A DNA stretch of 64,000 bases from Balanoglossus misakiensis (taxonomy: Eukaryota; Animalia; Hemichordata), in the NCBI GenBank assembly GCA_040954595.2, contig CM082577.2:4154305-4218304 (forward strand). The letters are read 5' to 3'. Below the pieces are notes generated by a model that worked only from the letters and a program-made list of their open reading frames with translations, had not been told where the DNA came from and made no database searches. The position numbers and the translations under genes were made by a program. Positions 1 through 12,300 of the stretch are shown here, one piece after another (positions within the stretch are counted from its first letter, which is position 1; every line of letters starts with the position of its first letter).

Positions 1-392
1 AACCAACTAAGACAAGAAAATAACAATATATGGCAATGTCAGGGTAGAGACAAATTGAGACCAAGAAGCTAGGAAATGCTTCAGTATTTTTACCTGTTTT
101 GTTGAATCACATCATCCAAGTTCCAACTGGGAAGAATTTCTGTATTCTTTTCCTAATGATCTTGCATGTAACTTCAAGTGTCCACTTCTTCTTTAGTGGG
201 GGTAATAGAATATCCTGTCCGTAAGTGGGGAATTAACAACTTTCTTTCAGGCGAATTTGAAATAATTTGAGTATTGCCGTAATGAATTTGTGCTCCATGG
301 TTTTTGTATTCTTCATATGTTTTTCTCTGTATATCTGTTTTCGTTCTGTCTTTTCCTTCCACCTTTGCTGCTGACATTGCGGAATCTCACAG

Positions 393-3300
393 GCCAACCT
401 GGAAGATCAGGTTATCCAAGCCAACCCTCCACTGGAAGCCTTTGGTAACGCCAAGACAATCAGAAACGACAACTCTTCTCGTTTTGTAAGTAGATCTCTT
501 TTATACAAGTGCTAAAATTTCCCAAAGACCATTTCAGATAATGTGGTTGTGCTGTGCAACCTACCTTGTCAAGGCACCTTGATTGCAGCACTGTCTTGGA
601 AGGTTTGTTCTGATATCTGATATAAGTGACCAGCATTCACATATGTATTGTACACCTGTCTGTAAACCAAGTTGACAGAAAAATTATGTTAGCTTGTTAC
701 AGGTTAGCTGATTGGCTAATCATTGAGTGTTTTGTTGTTTGAAAGAGAAAACACTTCAGAAATGAACAATTCTTTTTCTTTCTGTTTCCACAGGGTAAAT
801 TTATCCGTATTCACTTCGGTGCAAATGGTAAATTGGCCTGTGCTGATATTGAAACATGTAAGTAGAATTTGGTTGAATGCATCAAGATCAAAGTTTTCAT
901 TGACAGCAATCACAATATAAAGTGATTAATAATTGAAAAGTGTGTGCAAAAGTGGAGTGTTGTTATGTAGTGTACGCTGTTACCCTCATAGCCAGTTAAT
1001 ATGTGTGCAATATTCATGCACATTTAATTTGCGTCATCTTCCCTTTTCTCGTTTCCGCTTGACTTCAAGACCTGCTTGAGAAATCTCGTGTGATCTTCCA
1101 ACAAGAACGTGAAAGATGTTACCATGTCTACTACCAGTTGATGTCTGGAGAGATTGAAGGGTTGAAGGAAGAGATGTTGGTCACCGGCTCCATCAAAGAC
1201 TACCACTACGTCGCCATGGGTGTCACTCACAATGACAGTATGGATGACGCAGAGGAAATGAGGACAACCGACGTAAGTGTCATTCTCTGGGTTTTTGTGG
1301 TTTTAGCTGGATAAACTCAGTTTATCTTTGGTTCTGCCCTGTTGAGAATGGCGCTTACTTAGCCCGGCTAACCCCACTTCTATGTCATCATCTCTCGACT
1401 GCAGAATGCCTTGACTGTATTGGGCTTCAGTGAAGAACAGAAAAGGGGCATGTACAAGATTTGTGGTGGTATCATGCACTTTGGTAATGTCAAGTGGAAG
1501 CAGAGGCCTCGTGAGGAACAGGCTGAAATTGAAGACACTGAAGGTATAGCTATCTCCACATTCAGTGTTCCTGCAGAAGGCTTATTTAACCCTTTCACCC
1601 CCAGTTCCCGCTATAGAGGTCCAACCTTACCATTGAAAACAACAGGTTTGGACCCAAACCATGGTGGTGAAGGGGTTAAATGCTAGTTGTGCATGTCTCG
1701 GTTCTTGCAGTAAATGACACTATTTTGACTTCGTGGGGATTTTAATATAGTTGTGTACTCTTGCAATGGGCAGTTGAATAAACGGATGTGGCACCCGTTT
1801 ATTATTCAACTTGTACATATGCACATCCACAATCAGATGTTGATAATATTTTTACATGTGTGCCCACCGGTTAGCTTACTAATATAGACCATTATAAGTT
1901 CGAAAGTATAATCATGAAAATAAGTCAAACATTCACAGCTATTGGGGCTTTAATCAATCAAAGAATTGAAAAGTTTGGAGGACTATCCTTTTTCTGAATA
2001 CCTATCCTTGAGGCTCGTACTACCTTAATATTTTCATCTTTTAACAGATATTGACAAAGTTGCTTTCCTGTTTGGTGTGAACTCCGCTGACTTGCAGAAA
2101 GCTCTGCTTCGCCCTCGTATCAAAGTCGGTAATGAATTTGTGAACCAGGGTAGGAACAAACAACAGGTGAGATGATCCTTCTCTATTATACCTGTCAGGT
2201 TGCAGCACCTCTTGGAAACTTAATCCTTTCACCCCCAGTTCCCTCTTTTAGAGGTCCAACCTTGTTATAGAAAACAATGGGTTTGGACTGAGCCATGGTG
2301 GTGAAAAGGGTTCAAAGCACTCCTGGAAAGTCATGGAAGAAATATTAAAATTATTGGAAAAGTATTGGAAAATTGATTGGTTCGTATTTCTGCTGTCATA
2401 ATATGTTGATGGCTGTGAAAATCTTTTATGAAAGTAGCGAGCCTCATCTTACAGAATGTGCACAAAAGCTGCTGGAGACTGTCTTGAAAAATCCACTGGT
2501 ACCAAAAGACGCACCCGTTTAACCATACATTGTATATGGGCGTATGTAAGTTAAGGGTGATTGCATACCTTTAAAGTGTGACACATCCCAAACTTCAACA
2601 CCTCCAATTTCATGTCCACAGGTGCAATACTCCGTGGGTGCATTGTGTAAGGCTATTTACGACCGTATGTTCCGTTGGCTGGTGGCCCGTGTCAACAACA
2701 CTCTGGAGACGAAAGCCAAGAAGCAGTTCTTCATTGGTGTGCTGGATATTGCTGGCTTTGAGATCTTTGATTACAACAGCTTTGAACAGCTGTGTATCAA
2801 CCTGACCAACGAGAAACTGCAGCAGTTCTTCAACCATCACATGTTCATCCTTGAGCAGGAAGAGTACAGGAGAGAAGGAATTCAGTGGGAATTCATTGAT
2901 TTCGGTCTGGATCTGCAAGGCTGTATTGATCTGATTGAGAAGGTAAGCTGTTGTTCTGCAACGAAAATTTTGGCACTGTGTAGAATCCAAGAACAATCAT
3001 CTTGGGTACTGTGTGCGGTCCCCAATGCCTTTCTAATGCTCAGAATTAATAACAATCATCTTTTAACATTTATAGAAAAGAAAAATAGTCACATAATCAA
3101 TCATTTGAGCTCTGTGTACATCTTTTATGTCAATATCATATGCCAATACTACATTGGTGTAATTTAACATTAACCAGCAAGTCGCACATTCAAAATTTCT
3201 AGAACCATGGACTGTCCAGCCTTAAGTAAGATGTTATTGTTTGTCAATTCCACAGCCCATGGGTATTTTCCCCATTCTGGAAGAAGAGTGCATGTTCCCA

Positions 3301-6300
3301 AAAGCCACAGACAAGACCTTCTTGGAGAAGATGATCAACCAGCACAAGGGCAAGTCTGCCAACTTCGGCGTCCCATCTCTTGGAGGAAAGAAGAAGGAAA
3401 AGGAACATGAAGAGCATTTCTTGATTCATCATTACGCTGGCTCTGTAAGTGTACAAGACCTATCAAGCTATTAACCAAGTCTCGCGAGATCTCACAATGA
3501 GTGGAAAATAATCTATTACGATCTTCCATACTTAGTTAAGTATACATAAACTTGAAACTATTGTTTTGTCTGGACAGGTTGGATACAACGTTGAGGGATG
3601 GCTTGAGAAGAACAAGGATCCCCTCAATGAGAACTGTGTGGATCTCTTCAAGAAATCAACCAATAGCATGTGTGTTTCTCTGTGGGAAGACTACGGAACC
3701 GCAGCCAGTAAATACAGCTTTTCTTATTTTTTTCCCTCTTTTTTTTGTGTGGATGGAGTTTGTTGGTATTTTGCAGTGGCCATTTAATTATGTTTTTATT
3801 ATTATTGCAATAATTTCAGTTCTGTTCTTTGTTCAATTCTTATATTTCTTTGCTATTGGAACCACTAGCTATAAACCACATGCTTTGTGTGTATTTTAGT
3901 AATATCATTACTTTTTGTTACATTCTTATTTTTTATCATCTGAAATGCATTCAAAGTGATTTTGAGCTCAAATAGTTGTGGACTCACAAAAGGGAAGTTT
4001 TAACAACTTCATTCACTGCAGTCTGATATAACTACATTGATTTAACCCCTTCACTTCCACCACATGGTTTCATCCCCACCATTTCCTATGATGTGGTTTG
4101 ACCCATATGCAGAAAAAGTTTGGGGTGAAAGGGTTAAGTGACGCAGTTGAACTGGGGCAGAGAAAAAGACCCAGAACCAGAATTGCCTTTTGTCATCATG
4201 GTGTACGCTTGACAGTACCTCGAATTTTGATTTTAAAAAAAACAGGATGTTTTTCACACCATTTCAGAGACATCACCTTAACCCTTATCATGCTATTAAA
4301 CTTTGACAGTGTGATTTGTATGACTCTAACATTACATCTGACCAATAACTTAGGTGGAAGCCGTAAGAAGGGGAAGGGTGGATCCTTCCAGACCGTATCT
4401 GGAATGCATCGGGTAGGCACCACTATTCTTACTCATTACAAAGGAGAAAAACGTTACTGAACTGTTGACAGTAAAATGCCGTGTTCGTTGTTTTTTCTCT
4501 CTCTTTTTTTAGCTGGTGCAAAGAAGAAGAAGAACATCAAGACAATCAGTGGCGGTCATCTGGTTTGCATGATAGATTATTCCATCTTCAGTGTGGCTTT
4601 GGGGGTGTGAACCCTGTGGCCCCTCCCCTCCCTATTGATAGCTGCATGTGTAGAATTTTTTGTGTAGATTCGTAAAATCTTGCACTCACTCTTCTTGTCC
4701 AGATCAGAAGATTCATGTGTTAAATAATGTGATACTCGTTAACACTAAGTAAAAGACTCGACTCTCTCTATTCTAGGTTTATATAAAACACTTTCCAGTT
4801 ACACACACATTTACACACATATTGAAAATAAACCTTCATGACGCACTTCCAACTTGCCGATGATCGGGGGATCGAAGACTGCTGTTACAGCATCCATACC
4901 TGCACATACATTTACACACATTTCAGAATGAAAAGAACACTTGGTCAACTTCACACCCACAGTTTCACCCATCTTCACAGACACTTGTCCTGTGGATCCA
5001 GCTTGTTGTTCATTGATTTTTGAGACATCATCTGACGCCCCCTTCCCTCAAAACACACGCCCCCTTCACCCGATCATTCATGTACTTGACATAAAAGCTG
5101 CTCTACATCCCAACTATCATGCAAGTGCAATTTACTTGTTGGATTTTACTAATTTCTGTAAAATTCAAACACCACTGACTTTATCTGCTAGTGTGTATCA
5201 ACATTCACACAGCCATGTGTGACACTCTTGTGTCCATTACAGAAATATTCTGTTAACCCACTTCCTCCTCTAAAACTATCATCCTGAATAACCTAACTTT
5301 ATTCACATAACATGCTTCCCAAATCACCCCCCACCCCCACCCCAAAGTCTTCATTACCACTTTCCCAGCATGCCCCCACTTACCTTAGACTCAGAGTTCC
5401 CTCATGAAAGCCTACCCATAACCCCTTGCATGTACAAAGCAAGGCTGTTCCCAGCCAGCAAACCCCTTCCCACCAACGCACCCAGTCCAAACCCAAAAAT
5501 CATCCATGTACCTCCACTGATCCATGCATGTATTTGCACAATCCAGACCATTCCATCCAAATATCCCCCATATCACATCTTTTATCCATCACATCAACAC
5601 ACCATTTACACAGATAACTTATTATTTCTTTTCAATGTAATAGTAATATTAAAATCTATCATGATATCATTCTTCTATAATATTTTACTTTCTTTCCATA
5701 CCGCTATTAAAGTTACAAAATGTCTTTTTTCACACGTTAAAGACATCTCAATGTGTAAATTTATCAATTTCTGCTTCTGTTACATCACACATTTCTTGCA
5801 ATTCAGAAAAAATGGATTTGCTCAACCAATTTTCCATGCAATCTCACATTTTATTTTCTTATTGGCACAACAAGCTTCGATCACATGCAGATAAAACCGC
5901 CCTGAAAATATTTTACAAAGAGTTGCTTTCGTGATTGAGTAATATCTATTTTTTCTTGCTGTTGTTAAAACATCCGTTGATTTGTTATGGGTATTTCACA
6001 TGTGAACATATGTCATTGATCTTTGTCGATGATAGGCTGATTCCCAAATGATGTGGCAAATGTGTACCTCAATGGCTCTGTAGAATCCCTTCCTGTGGAG
6101 TATCTGCATAGTCTGTCTCTTGCATGTGCAGTTTATCAGTAACTGTGGCATGTATTTTTGTCAACTATGCCTGTAGCCTGTATATATGGATTTTGATGTA
6201 AGAAGTTGCCTGCAGCATAGCTGTTATGCGAAAGGGGATAAAAGGCTGCTTGGTGCAGAAAAGGGTCAAAGGTTCACCTTCTTACTGTAGCAAAAAGATA

Positions 6301-9300
6301 TTAGGCAGTAGGTAGAAAATGAGCACGTTCAACTTAGTGTATAATACAGTTTCTTGCTGTCATGGCTTTTCCTAAAGAGGTCTAAGATTTGCCAGTCGCA
6401 CGAAAATATCGTACCTCAATCTATCAGCTTCAAGTTATCAATGACATTGTTCACAAGTAGTTGCTGACACTGACAGCTGCTCTGGTCTTTTACATGCAGC
6501 ACCGATAAAAATAATGATATTTTTTAACTCACTCCTGTAACTACTTTTTGTAGTCAATTACAGTAGGCTATAGTGTGGCACATGTAGGAGTTTTTAAAAA
6601 GCCAAGGCCCCTCCAAACAATGCATGAATACACACATTGTCAGTGTTTCTTCCAGGAAGATCATAAAAAATATCTGGAATTTTTTCTTTGACATGAATGC
6701 CAACAAAAGAGTCATTTTTATGATCGTGATGATTGTTAAAATTTTGGAATAGTCATCTCTTGGAAGAACACTGCACGATTGTGTCTTATAGTGTTTGGTT
6801 TGAAAAAAAAAAACTGCTTGAGTATTGTACAACCTAGTCATGCATGCCGACTTAGTATTGGAAAGTGCTGTGTAGTTACTTTTAAAAACTTCTGCACGAA
6901 TAAGATTTTCTGCTTGGTAGGAAATACCCATATCATTTCAACAATACACTCTCGCTGGTGGCAACACTCAGATACTGTTGTTGAAGTTGCGTACACTTTT
7001 GCACCCTTGCTGTATCAAACTCACTGGGGGAAAACAGTAAATATCTCATGCCGGGATCAAACCCTGCAGGATCAAAGTACTACACTTTGCCTTTTTTTTT
7101 CTCTCCAAAAGCGACTCGGAAAAGTCGGCATACGCGCAAATTTGGCTTTGAAGGGTCAAGAGTTACCAATTTCAATTCATCCGCCCAACATACACATTAT
7201 GTTTTGACACATTATCAAAAGACAGAGAATTATGATCGGATGTGAACTACAAGAGAAATACAAAGCTGCTGCAACCTGAAAACGGCAGCAGCAGCAGCAG
7301 CACCACAACACTTGATGCAGACAGACACATTAAAGTACATGCAGTCACTATCTCCCTACCTTGCTAATTTGTTGTTTTTTCGTTTGTGTTTCCATCATAA
7401 CAGGAACAACTGAACAAGTTGATGATGAACTTGAACTCAACACAGCCTCATTTCGTGCGTTGCATCATCCCCAACGAGCACAAGAAAGCCGGTGTCATTG
7501 ACGCCAGATTGGTCTCTCACCAGTTGGCTTGCAATGGTGTACTAGAAGGAATCCGTATTTGCCGTAAAGGTTTCCCCAACAGGATGTTGTTCGCTGATTT
7601 CAAGCAAAGGTATATTCCTGGAACTGTGAATAATAATCTGTGTCACGACATACAATCACCTCCAATTTAGATACAGTAAAACCTGTCTAAACTGAACTCT
7701 GGAAACCTGTCTTTAACAAATACACTTCCAGTCCTTTTCACATACAGCCACGTATAAAAAGAACCTCTATAAACCAAACACCTCTATAAACTGGACAATT
7801 TCTCCAGTCCCGCTTGTGTCCAGTTGAGACAGGTTTCACTATGTATGGTTACATAGACATGTCTGACAGAACATGTGGTTCTCTTTTTCCTGTGGCCAAC
7901 AACCGAAAATATTCACTTTCCATGGTAACTATTGCCAAAATCTGCATAGGTGACGGTACATACCTTTTAACTCTCCCACTCGCAGATACCAGATCTTGGC
8001 ACCCACAGCAGTACCTCAGGGTTTCTTAGATAACCGCAAGGCTGCTGAGAAATTGCTTGATGCTATCCAGTTGGAGGCTGCTGAATTCCGTTTGGGTCAC
8101 ACCAAGGTGAATATTCCCTTCTTCGTTCTTGTTATGTAATCGCTTTTTGCACAGCTGCAACAGGTGTAGGTGCTGCATGGCAAATCTGCGCAGTGAGATA
8201 TATAGAGCTATCCTGTGATCGGTCAGCGTGGCAAAAATTGACCAATTTCAGCGTGTGCTTGATCAGTGGTCTTTTGATGGTCATGTTGATTTCAAGATGA
8301 TACAAGACAAGTTCAGTGACAGTGGGACTAACAGTACTACATGTATAACAGCGAATCATTTTGTTACACAATAATTTTTTTTCAGTCTCTGGTAATTATG
8401 CAACAGTCTCTCTAATTAAAACATGAATGGATGTATGGCACATCAAAGCGGTCGCCACAATACTGAAATGGGACATGTTTTGTTTTTTTCTTCAAGATTT
8501 TCTTCAAAGCCGGTGTACTGGGTAACCTGGAAGACATGAGAGATGAACGTCTTTCCAAGATCATATCCATGTTACAGGCCCACTGTAGAGGATTCTTGAT
8601 GCGTAAGGTCTACAAGAAGATGTTGGAACAGAGGTGAGAGAGAACACTGACGTGCTGGTATCAGCCAAATCACAAGAAATGCAACCCATCCCCATATATG
8701 TTGGATTTATGCCACTCCCACATCAGTTGGTACTTGATAATGTCCACACTGTCCAGTCTCTGCCTCCAGTCTCAGCCAGTTGGTACTTGATAATGTCCAC
8801 ACTGTCATGTCTCTGCCACCTGGGAAAATGTACATAAAACAGAGTTTAATTACACTCAATAATGGTGTTAATATAATTGCATGTCATTTGGTAATAATAT
8901 TTGTGGCTTTCAATTTTACCTACACAGAATTGGTATCGCTGTTATCCAGCGTAATGTACGTAAATATCTCATTTTACGTAATTGGCAATGGTGGAGACTA
9001 TACACCAAGGTAAGAAACGCTTTTCACTCTTTTTTATGTTTTCCATCTTTATCATGTGGTTTATTTTGTTCTCATTCATTCTCACAAGCCTTCTCACTCT
9101 TTTACTTCATTCCAAGACGCTATGTGAGAAAAAAGCTGTGGCTGTTTTCAAACGTAAATGCATATTGATGATGACTGTGTGGTAAGCCTACATTTTCAGC
9201 ACTCTATTCGTCCTTCCTTCAGTACTGAGTGAATATTATTTTGCTCTGTCAGGTCAAGCCTCTGTTGAACGTTGCCCGTGCTGAAGATGAGATGAAGATC

Positions 9301-12300
9301 AAGGAAGAAGAATTGAGGAAGGTGTTGGAGAAAGCTGAGAGAGAAGAGAAAGAACGCAAAATCTTGGAAGCCCAGAACACAACCCTGCTAGAAGAAAAGA
9401 ATAAGCTTTTCACTGATCTCCAAGCTGTAAGTACATTAACCCTTGACCCTGGGAAATTAAACATAAATGAACATGGTACAAACATTTTTTTTTGGTTTTA
9501 CAACCAATCCCATTAACAGGGTGAGGTTACACACCACTCCTGGGTAAGGCTGAAGCAATGAGAAGTAAAGTGCCTTGCTCAAGGGAACAACATTGCAGCC
9601 ATGAAATCACCATCCTGGGATAGAGAATCCAAGGCCAAGTCCGGGTCTTGAACTCACAACCCTCCTCCCCCCACGATGCCTCCTAAATACATCATATGGA
9701 TTGAAAGGAGTAACTCCCTCATTTTTCTTCTCCCTGTTCATCACTCAGGAACAAGACACATCAGCTGAATTGGAGGACAGAGTCAACAAACTGGAAGCCT
9801 TCAAAGCTGACATGGAAGCACAGTTGAAGGTGAGATTGGAGTCCAATAATCCCTTTGACTTATTTTCATCTACAGTCAAACCTGTATATATGACCAGTCA
9901 GGGGTCTTTCCTAAACTGGCCTTTATAGACAGGTGGCCTCTATAGACAGGTCAGTTAATCACCATGTAAATTGCACTGGGTGTGTAAAAAGTGGCCACTA
10001 TATAGAGGTGGCCACTCACACAAGTTTGAATGTATCGACAAAAACGGGGTCTCACACTTCGAAGTTCCCAAAATAGATTTCGCCTGTGATATTGTGAATG
10101 ATGCACAATTCTATACCGTAATCCGTTTTGTGGGAGTCCTGGCATTTCAGTTTCCTCTTCTTTGAAAATTCACAGGAATACAAAGAACGCTTGGAAGATG
10201 AGGAAGACGCCAATGCTGAAGTCAGCTCTACCAAACATAGATTGGAGACCGAATGCTCTGAACTGAGGAGGGACATTGAGGACTTGGAGATTACTTTGAC
10301 TAAGGTACTACAACTGTAAAAACTCGGAAAATACAACCCAACCACACATTGCTGATCTATAGTCACTTTCACTTTCACACTCTGTGAATTCACATATCTT
10401 TATATCTCCACACAACAAACACCCACTCAGACACACTTCCATGTCATTGCAACATTTATTTCTGTTGTTATTATTATTTTTTCTTCTCTTTCTCGACATT
10501 TCACTCCAAAGTTGATCTTCGTTATCTTTTCTTCTGTTGCTCACATCACTCCTAAGTTGATCTTCACCTTGCTGTGAGATCACTGCAGAGTGGATCTATT
10601 TCATCTTCTGGTATCAGCTCTTTTTCCGCCATATTTCCACAATCTTTATATAAGCAGTACATGACATATCTTGCCACTTCGCTTGATTTGCATATTCTAA
10701 TTTATGATTTGCATAATATGTGCATGTTCATTGTGTCTGCATCTTCTGATGACAATTCTATGTCTGCATCCGTTCTTTTACTTCTTGCCATATTTTCTTA
10801 CTGCTTACCAACTCTGTCACTCTTGGAGTTCTTTTTATGACTCTTTTCTTCGTCACTCATTCTACATCTTTTTTTCTGAAGCCATGTATGTTGGGATGCA
10901 TATAACAGAGATTATAGTTGTAGTGCATCAGACACTGATTTCCAAATGTTACTGATTTCACAGTTATTCTCACAAAAGCTAACCTTGTAGGACTTACTGT
11001 GTATTTCTTGTGATGTTCTGAGGAATTTGTCCGTCAAATGCATCTGGCATGCAACTGACATGTTTTGCTTGAGTCTGCTCATAATGAAAGGATAGTTTTT
11101 TTGGCTAAGAATCCAACAAAGTTACTTCACTGAAGACTCAAGCAAAACAAAGCAGTTTTGACAAATTCTCAAAACATTAAACAAGATGCACTGTGGTTTG
11201 ACAATGGTACAAACAATGTTTTTGTCTTTTTAATATTGAATGGTGTGTGATGTTTTTGTCTGCTTGGCAGTGTTTCAGTGTAACTGAACATCTCACATAG
11301 GATGGATGTTCATTTTATTTTTGGGACATTTTTTGGAGATGACCATTTTGATACAGAACGCATGATTCAAAGCCGGCCTCTAACCAGTGGCATTTGAAAT
11401 GATTCAAAAACTGTGGAGAAAGAGAGCTCTGTGTCTGTGTGTCTGAGTGTATGCACCAGTCTGTGTTGGCACCAGTTTGTGGTGTGTTGTGTCCGTCTGT
11501 GTGTCTGTTTGTCTCTGCCTTTTAGTGTGTCTGTCTGTCTGTCTGCCTGCAAGTGGCATTACTGAAAAGCTGCCTACCAACAGGTTGAGGATGAGAAGAA
11601 ACAGAAAGAGGAACACATCAAACAATTGTCAGAAACTCTGGCAGCCCAGGAAGAAGCCCATGCTAAATTGAACAAAGCCAAGAAAGAATTGGAGGAAGAG
11701 CATGCTGTAAGTAATTTTTCGTGGTTTTCAGTCTGGAAAAATACTTAATTTACAAGATCACTGCAGTGATCTAGTATTACGGGCTGCAGGTGGTGGTTGT
11801 GAGAACATAACTGAACATCACCATCAACTTGATGCATAAGGAATGTACTAAGATGCTTGCAGAGACTTGACAATGTACACATTTTTCTGATTCCAACAGA
11901 GAACCCAACAGGCTCTACAGGCTGAGGAAGACAAGGTGAACCACTTGAACAAAGTCAAGGCCAAGCTGGAATCGACTTTGGATGAGGTAAATTGAGCTAA
12001 GCTGTACAAAATACAAATATTTATGATCATACCCATCCTTATACTAAAGTTCATTGGTCAAATATACAGTGTTTACATGGCCATTTGCAAAGTCAAACAG
12101 TCAAAAAACAATACAGCACAGCACAGATAATCAACAAAACACAGAACAAAGTCAAGTCCAGGAGAGACAGAAACATGTACATGTATATAGACTTCTGGCA
12201 AAAAAAAAGACCAGGAAGTGATGTCAGATGTTTCGAAAATATTAAGTGCATCCTGCCCTGCCCCATATGTACAACACTACAAGTAAATATGTCACATGTC

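Noticed and set aside
6221-6310. Lys/Gly-rich stretch ([15 protein letters not shown]) as a third loop-2 exon
   Set aside because: No pyrimidine tract, weak donor and no T(V/I)S..H motif.
7112-7161. Basic peptide ([16 protein letters not shown]) after a strong pyrimidine tract and AAG, phase 1
   Set aside because: No convincing phase-0 donor and no loop-2 similarity; unsupported without reads.
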